Assembly: GCA_965603825.1 (NCBI GenBank)
Contig: CBFDEM010000012.1
Location: 744,001-808,000 of the forward strand
Source: Blepharisma stoltei ATCC 30299
Taxonomy: Eukaryota > Protista > Ciliophora
Reading direction: 5' to 3'
Length of the DNA: 64,000 nt
Shown: piece after piece, positions 58,501-64,000 of the stretch
Numbering within the stretch: position 1 is the stretch's first letter
How the letters are laid out: the number at the start of each line of letters is the position of its first letter
Notes under the pieces: model-generated
Told to the model about the DNA's origin: nothing
Database searches by the model: none
What the model saw: only the letters and a program-made list of their open reading frames with translations
Made by a program: the position numbers and the translations under genes

Positions 58501-59704
58501 CATTAATTCCTACACCTATATGGAAAGGTCCTAAGCACATAATAGAAGGCTCAGTCTCCAAGGTAACTTTATTGATAACTCTTACCCCGCCTGAACACTC
58601 AATAACTGAAATTTCAGTCAAAGACGTCAAAAGGCCTACCAAAGTCCCAAAAGAGCTCGAAAGAGAAGGCATAATCATCAAAAAGTTCAGCAATTTCCCA
58701 CCTGTGGTAGCTGCCGTCAAAATTTGTCCGTCATCAGTCCAATACATTTTCGTAATCCTCCCATCCTCAAAAGCCAGCTCAATTTTGTCACTCCTACTTT
58801 CCTTAAAATTTGACAAAGCCAAAATCCTAATTGAATTATCCCCTGCAATAGCCACCTTCCCTAAACTTTTGCATACACAAATAGCATCGAGTGTCGTATT
58901 AAAAAGCTTCACTGAATTTATCTCATTCCCCATTTCCGCTAAATGTGTAGTTATTGCTACAACCCAGCCTTCACTAAATCCTGCTATAATCCTATCCTCA
59001 CTAAACCACTCATAAGTCAAAAGCCGTCCATAATGCTGCTGAAAAGAAATTTCTATAGAGGATAAGTTATCATTTGTAAAATAAGCCAATAAACATTGGT
59101 CTTTTAGCATCATAGTTGCCATTCCTGCATTACCCCATTTTAAGTTCCAAGGTTGGGCCTTTATTTGCGAGCTCTGCATTTTGGTGTCTCCGTTCATAGT
59201 AGAAATTGTCAAAGTCTTATCGTCGCTTCCTGTTATTAAAAGATCATCTTTTGACCAGTCACCTGATATGACCTTCATTGAGTGCTTGCCGACGGTCGGG
59301 ATTTTGCGCTGAGTTCCTTTGTTATAGAAGACTAGGCCTCCTTTTTCTGAGCCAATTGCGAGGACTGGCTGAACCTTGCTCCATTTGATGAAACTCGGAC
59401 GGTCATTTGACCCGATTTCTAGCTGGGTGTAATTGCGGGTGTTTATATTTCAGACGAGGACGTAGGTGAGGCCTTCTTGGAGAATTGCAACTGCTTCTCC
59501 ATCTTTGTCCCAGTCAAGTTCCTTTAGTGGGCGGTTCTCAGGGAGGGAAAGCTCAGTGTATTTTTTGCCTTGGCGGTCAAGAATATGCACAATTCCACTG
59601 CTGCCACATACTGCAACTAGAGAGTCTGAACGCTGCCAGGCGAATAACAATTCTCCTTGTCCAAGCCAGTCTGAGCCTATTGAAAAGACTGCTTTGTTTG
59701 CCAT
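55565..59704 (-). CDS. WDR19: Intraflagellar transport protein IFT144/WDR19
   Basis: WD40 N-terminus, TPR-like helical region, LALEMRCDLQDW(TGA), ISQFPAHTVQILTSTVLEC, C-terminal Zn knuckles with PYCVASGKHM; TGA-Trp at 59452, 58480, 57394. Confidence 0.94.
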
Positions 59705-59787
59705 TTTATTTAAATTTTCCGAAAAGTGAAATTCAATAACTGACTTTGGGAAGAGGAATTGAAAAATTAAGATAAATACATGAATGC

Positions 59788-60873
59788 TTAACTATTGTTA
59801 CGAGGGTTCATATTTATATGCTGAAAAGAGTCCATCGGAGAAAAAGGCGGAAGTGTATAAGATTGTAAGCTGGATGCTCTCAGCTGCCTTAAGAAATCCA
59901 TGCTGATTTCTGATTTCCACCCTGATGAAGAATCATACTTTTTAAGGCTTTGAAGTGAATCAGATCGCTGAATTTCTTGGCCTATTTCTTGTACGCCTCC
60001 TAAAGAATCCCCTCTTTGTAGCGTCCCATCAAACACCTCAGGGTTATCCCAGTTGCAAATCGGAAAATCTTCAGGAAATTTAAGCATGTTATTTTTCTTG
60101 AAATTATACTCAGTCTGATAATTAGCCAAATTAAAAATTGGCATGGATGGCTCAATCTTAATATCGTCCTGCTTGATTTCTTCTGGCTGATATAACGGTG
60201 GACAAATAATACTTGATTTTTCTTTAGGCTCTTCATATAGAGAACATAGAATATTTGGTGTTTCGTCCTGAATATTTTCATCTTTTAAAGGCACTTCAGC
60301 TTGATTTTTAATGGGAGGAGATTTTAAAGGCTCTTTGTTATTAGGTAAAGGCTTTGTTTTTTTGTCTTCAGATTTGCGGACTGTACTTGTTTCCTTTGGG
60401 ATTTCAGAACTAGTTGCTAATATCGCATAGTAAGCTGGATTTTGCAAAATTTGTTTGACTTTGCCTAAAATCCTCTCATTTGGTGGCCTTTTTTTATTGT
60501 ATCGGCGAAGGTTTTTGCGGACTGTGCTGTAGAATTGGTTTTTAATTGAGTTGTCTGATCTTCCAGGAAGATATCTTGCAATTTCAGACCATTTGTTACC
60601 GTAGATTTGTTGGTACTCAAATAAAATCTTTTCTTCTTCTTTTGTCCAAGCTTCTTTGTTTATTACTGGGTTGATGTGGTTGTGCCATCTTTCTCTGCAT
60701 TGTTTTGCAGTTCTAAGTAATTATTACCTTCCCTTTACCTTATGACGCTCTTGTAAATTCTGGGCTATCAAAATCCAGTTCTTATCACCGAATTCCTCCA
60801 CAAGCTCCCTAATCCATTTGTCTTCCTATATGAAAATCACCTCTTCGTTCCAAATTTTTCCTTTTCGCATCAT
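59788..60873 (-). CDS. R2R3-type Myb transcription factor, two 15-nt introns
   Basis: Spliced: IWNEEEDKWIRELVEEFGDKNWILIA..GRTAKQCRERWHNHINP..WTKEEE..GNKWSEIARYLPGRSDNSIKNQFY. Confidence 0.93.
60713..60727 (-). other. 15-nt intron
   Basis: GTAATAATTACTTAG; removal restores GRTAKQCRER. Confidence 0.92.
60826..60840 (-). other. 15-nt intron (GTG donor)
   Basis: GTGATTTTCATATAG; removal restores WNEEED. Confidence 0.9.
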
Positions 60874-61288
60874 TTTTTTGTATACTAAAGATATTATTTT
60901 CTGACTATTATTTACTCATTAAATTAACCTGAATATGTGCAGCATAATGGTAATAGGAATTCTTAGAAATAGGATAAAAAATTACATTTAAATAAAAACA
61001 ACAAAGTAATCGTCTTGCACTTTCTAAGTAATCTTATTTAAAACATGAAGTATAATCATTCATGCTATGAGCTTCCTAATATTTATCAAACAATGATCTT
61101 GAGGATGTTATAGATATTCAAATTTTCAGAGAAATGATATTATTCACTTACCATTTTTTATGAATATGCTAATTTTTGTCTTGATATTAAATAATTAATA
61201 CTCATTTAAAAGCTGCATAATATATAATAAATAAATTTTAATTATACTCATAAATAATTTCTATAGAGTACTCAGAAAGATTAATTAT

Positions 61289-62365
61289 CTAATTCAATGC
61301 AATATTTCCTGTCAGCTTTTCCTCTTCTTTCTTTTTTCTCTCTTCATGCATAACTTTAGCAGTATCCCCAGTTCTGCTCTCCTTCGTCACCATTTGTCTC
61401 TTCCTTGGCTTACCTTCATCCATATCAATCATTTTTCTTCTTATCAAGGAATCAAACCTATCTTCAGTCACGTTTCCTTTCACACTAACTTTTCTTAAAT
61501 TACTAGGCAGATCAACAACCCCAATTGTTTCAGGAAGCTCATATCGGAACTTCCCCATTCTTATTTTCGGAGCTTTTTCTCCTCTCATTTCTAGCTCCTC
61601 CCTCAGTCTTTTTTGCAATTCAAACTCCTCTTTGCTTTGTTTTCGGATTTTCTCCTCTTTTTTAATTTCTCCCATAATCTGTGGTAGTTGATCTATCTGT
61701 TTTTTAAATTTCCTTTCGTCAGCTTGGATTTTTTTCAGCTTCTCTTTAAGTTTTCCACGCATTTTTACGTTTTTTTCTGTGTTTGTCAAAAATTTCTCTT
61801 TTACAGGAGGATTTTTAATGAAATTTGCAGGGGTGTCGTCTTCTTCTTCACTTTCTACTGGGCTTGGTAAATCATCAACTACCTTGTAGCTATTAAGGAT
61901 TTCATTGACTTTTTGCTTTTTTGCTTCTGCATTTTCCTCTTCTTCAATGATTTTTTCCAGTAAATCGTTATGCTCTTCTTTTGAAGGCAGGTAACTTTGC
62001 CCAGGGTGTGGGGCCAATACTGCAGGAATGTGTGTTTTTTTGGTTTCTGGAGCTGTGGCTTGTGTGTCGTCGTTCCATAAATCGTAAAGATTTTCTTCTT
62101 TTTGTGGCTTGGATTTTGAAGGCTTTAGTTTTTCAAGCCTCCTTTTTTCGCCTTTAGTGAAGCTGCGGATTTCTTTATCTTTTGCGAATTTTTCTGGGTA
62201 TTGAGGAGCTAATTTCTTTTGGATGGAATCGTCACCTTTTTTATCGATCATGAAGAGGTCTTTTGGGATTTTGGGTTTTGTGGTTTCTTCTTGAAGGTTT
62301 TCTATGCTTGTGGCTTCTGCTTTCTTTTTGTTAAGTTTGATCTTTTTAACCATATTAATTATCAT
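61289..62365 (-). CDS. NOP53: Ribosome biogenesis protein NOP53/GLTSCR2
   Basis: LFMIDKKG, YDLW, HPGQSYLPS.EEH, DRFDSLIRRKMI; start may be 62353. Confidence 0.85.
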   Translation of the reverse strand: MIINMVKKIKLNKKKAEATSIENLQEETTKPKIPKDLFMIDKKGDDSIQKKLAPQYPEKFAKDKEIRSFTKGEKRRLEKLKPSKSKPQKEENLYDLWNDDTQATAPETKKTHIPAVLAPHPGQSYLPSKEEHNDLLEKIIEEEENAEAKKQKVNEILNSYKVVDDLPSPVESEEEDDTPANFIKNPPVKEKFLTNTEKNVKMRGKLKEKLKKIQADERKFKKQIDQLPQIMGEIKKEEKIRKQSKEEFELQKRLREELEMRGEKAPKIRMGKFRYELPETIGVVDLPSNLRKVSVKGNVTEDRFDSLIRRKMIDMDEGKPRKRQMVTKESRTGDTAKVMHEERKKKEEEKLTGNIALN

Positions 62366-62545
62366 GGATTTAGAATTAGCCTAATTGATCTTAATTATTG
62401 GGATATAAATTCATTATTTTTCGATGCGATTATTATATTTTATGATTTATTAACGCTAAAGGGTATATATATTGACTATTTAAGGAAAATATGTCTATAT
62501 CTTTACTATTTAAGAGTTATTAACAAAAATCACATAAAGAACGAC

Positions 62546-63166
62546 TTAATTGGCTACTAATCTATCAGCAGATAGCCTTCTAATTCTGTTATAATAAGAA
62601 ATCGACGCACATAGAAGTGACAATATCGCTACCACAAGGTCATCGATACTTCCTATAGGCCCAACTTCAGCTTCATTTATTATATCTTCAGGTAGCATTA
62701 CATAAACTACACAAAACGCCACAAGTAAAATAACTTTCCAAAACCTGAAAATCCTCAAAAAATCCCCACTTATAATAAACCTTAATAGCAGCGTTGGAGC
62801 CTCTACAATGGTTTGCCAGATCGTCCTTGGATAGCGATCTGAATTGAATGTATTAATTTCTTTCATTAGTTCTTTTGTTTCTTCTGTTTCTTGAAAATCA
62901 GGGAAAAGCAAATGAACTGATGTTCTGCAAGCTGGGCATGACAAAGATCTGTCGTGCTTCCAGACTTGTATAATGCATTGACCACAATATTCATGTCCGC
63001 ATGAAGTTTGAACTGGATTATTTACACGATCTAAGCAGAGTAAGCACTCATCACTTCTGTATACTCTTTCAGGCCTTCGGGGATCAACAATAATTTTTGG
63101 TTTGAGAAGGTAAGAAGCTACAAAAATGAAAATCACGACAATTGCAGCGGCTACGTAATGATGCAT
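62546..63166 (-). CDS. RNF170: RNF170-like membrane RING E3 ligase
   Basis: N-terminal TM, RING CLLC..CGHEYCGQC..CPACR, C-terminal YVMLPEDII..GPIGSIDD (DUF1232-like). Confidence 0.85.
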   Translation of the reverse strand: MHHYVAAAIVVIFIFVASYLLKPKIIVDPRRPERVYRSDECLLCLDRVNNPVQTSCGHEYCGQCIIQVWKHDRSLSCPACRTSVHLLFPDFQETEETKELMKEINTFNSDRYPRTIWQTIVEAPTLLLRFIISGDFLRIFRFWKVILLVAFCVVYVMLPEDIINEAEVGPIGSIDDLVVAILSLLCASISYYNRIRRLSADRLVAN

Positions 63167-64000
63167 ATTTTTTATTAATGTTTAACAAAATATGAGGGGT
63201 TAATTGTAATTCAAAATAGCATATGATTCAAGCTAAATTTTGGAAAAGGTGTGAATTCAAGCGAATTATTTTGTACTAATTAATAAATGACTGAATTTTC
63301 AGACTTGAATCTAATTATTGAGCTTATCGATAGCAGAGCTGGACAAAATTATTGTTTCTGCTTAAAGAATTTATTTTTCAAAAGCTATTAAAGGTTTTAT
63401 ATTGTTTTTAAACAAATTTAAGATAATGTTATGCTGCTGATATCTTTCATTTAAAACATCAATTAGAAATTAGGGATGAGCAAGTAAATTTATCAAGCAG
63501 CTCTAAATAATTGAAACTTAAATTTACACAAGGCCTTTTTGAAAGATTTAGGTATAAACACATTTTAATTCCAATTTTGTATAGGACTTTCAGTTTATAG
63601 AATATAAGATTTCTGGATGGAAATTTAGAAAAGCTTTGACTAGCTTAAAAAAGCCAATTAAAATTATTTCACATGAGAATTCAAAATAAATAATCAAATT
63701 TATAAATTTTTATAGATACAATAATTATTAAATGCGGAAGAAGCTAAAAGCTACCAAAAATATTTAACTTGAATTTTAGAGATATGATTGCGAAGGGTTG
63801 ATTATTGATACCAATAAAGGATTTGGCTTTTTATGTTTGAGCCTGTGGCTATATTAGTAGCCTTATTATATTCTGCTCAAATTGATCTATATAGCTCAAA
63901 AAAATTTTTGTCAAAGATGTAAATTGATTTTGCTGAAATGCAAACATTTGGTAAGAATATTTTTATTGCAGTAGATTTATTAAATATTTATATAGTGCCT

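Noticed and set aside
12906-59704. Fragmented ORFs as pseudogenes or selenoproteins
   Set aside because: Breaks are in-frame TGA at conserved Trp positions or GT-AG micro-introns; no unexplained frameshifts remain
1-64000. Telomeric repeats, IESs, transposases, rRNA/tRNA, CRISPR
   Set aside because: None recognised by eye; small ncRNAs in the larger gaps cannot be excluded without Infernal or tRNAscan

Overview
Eukaryotic, AT-rich, gene-dense DNA, best read as the macronuclear genome of a heterotrich ciliate (Blepharisma-like; the organism call is inference). Two properties fragment the supplied ORF track. (1) In-frame TGA encodes Trp, while genes end in TAA or TAG. (2) Spliceosomal introns are only 15-16 nt; 11 were found, and all nine 15-mers have A at position 10. 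Re-reading with these rules gives about 38 genes, including a USP15-like DUB, RPS30, a CCT protein, malectin, an ABCB transporter, ARFRP1, eIF4A3, FAM221, VTA1, an FG-less Nup96 precursor, a PHO80-type cyclin, DCAF11, NAA20, FAM135, IFT144, an R2R3-Myb, NOP53 and RNF170. The best novelty candidate is a tandem pair (20872-25305) that fuses an ATP-grasp-like domain to a C-terminal truncated (2/2) globin, a possible heme/gas-regulated sensor. Other candidates: a kelch + Cys-rich ectodomain joined to a two-TM channel/ERGIC-like module, a ToxA-like methyltransferase, and three divergent gene pairs whose ATGs are only 30-33 nt apart. No transposon, telomere, rRNA, tRNA or CRISPR was recognised. All family assignments come from motif recognition by eye, not database searches.
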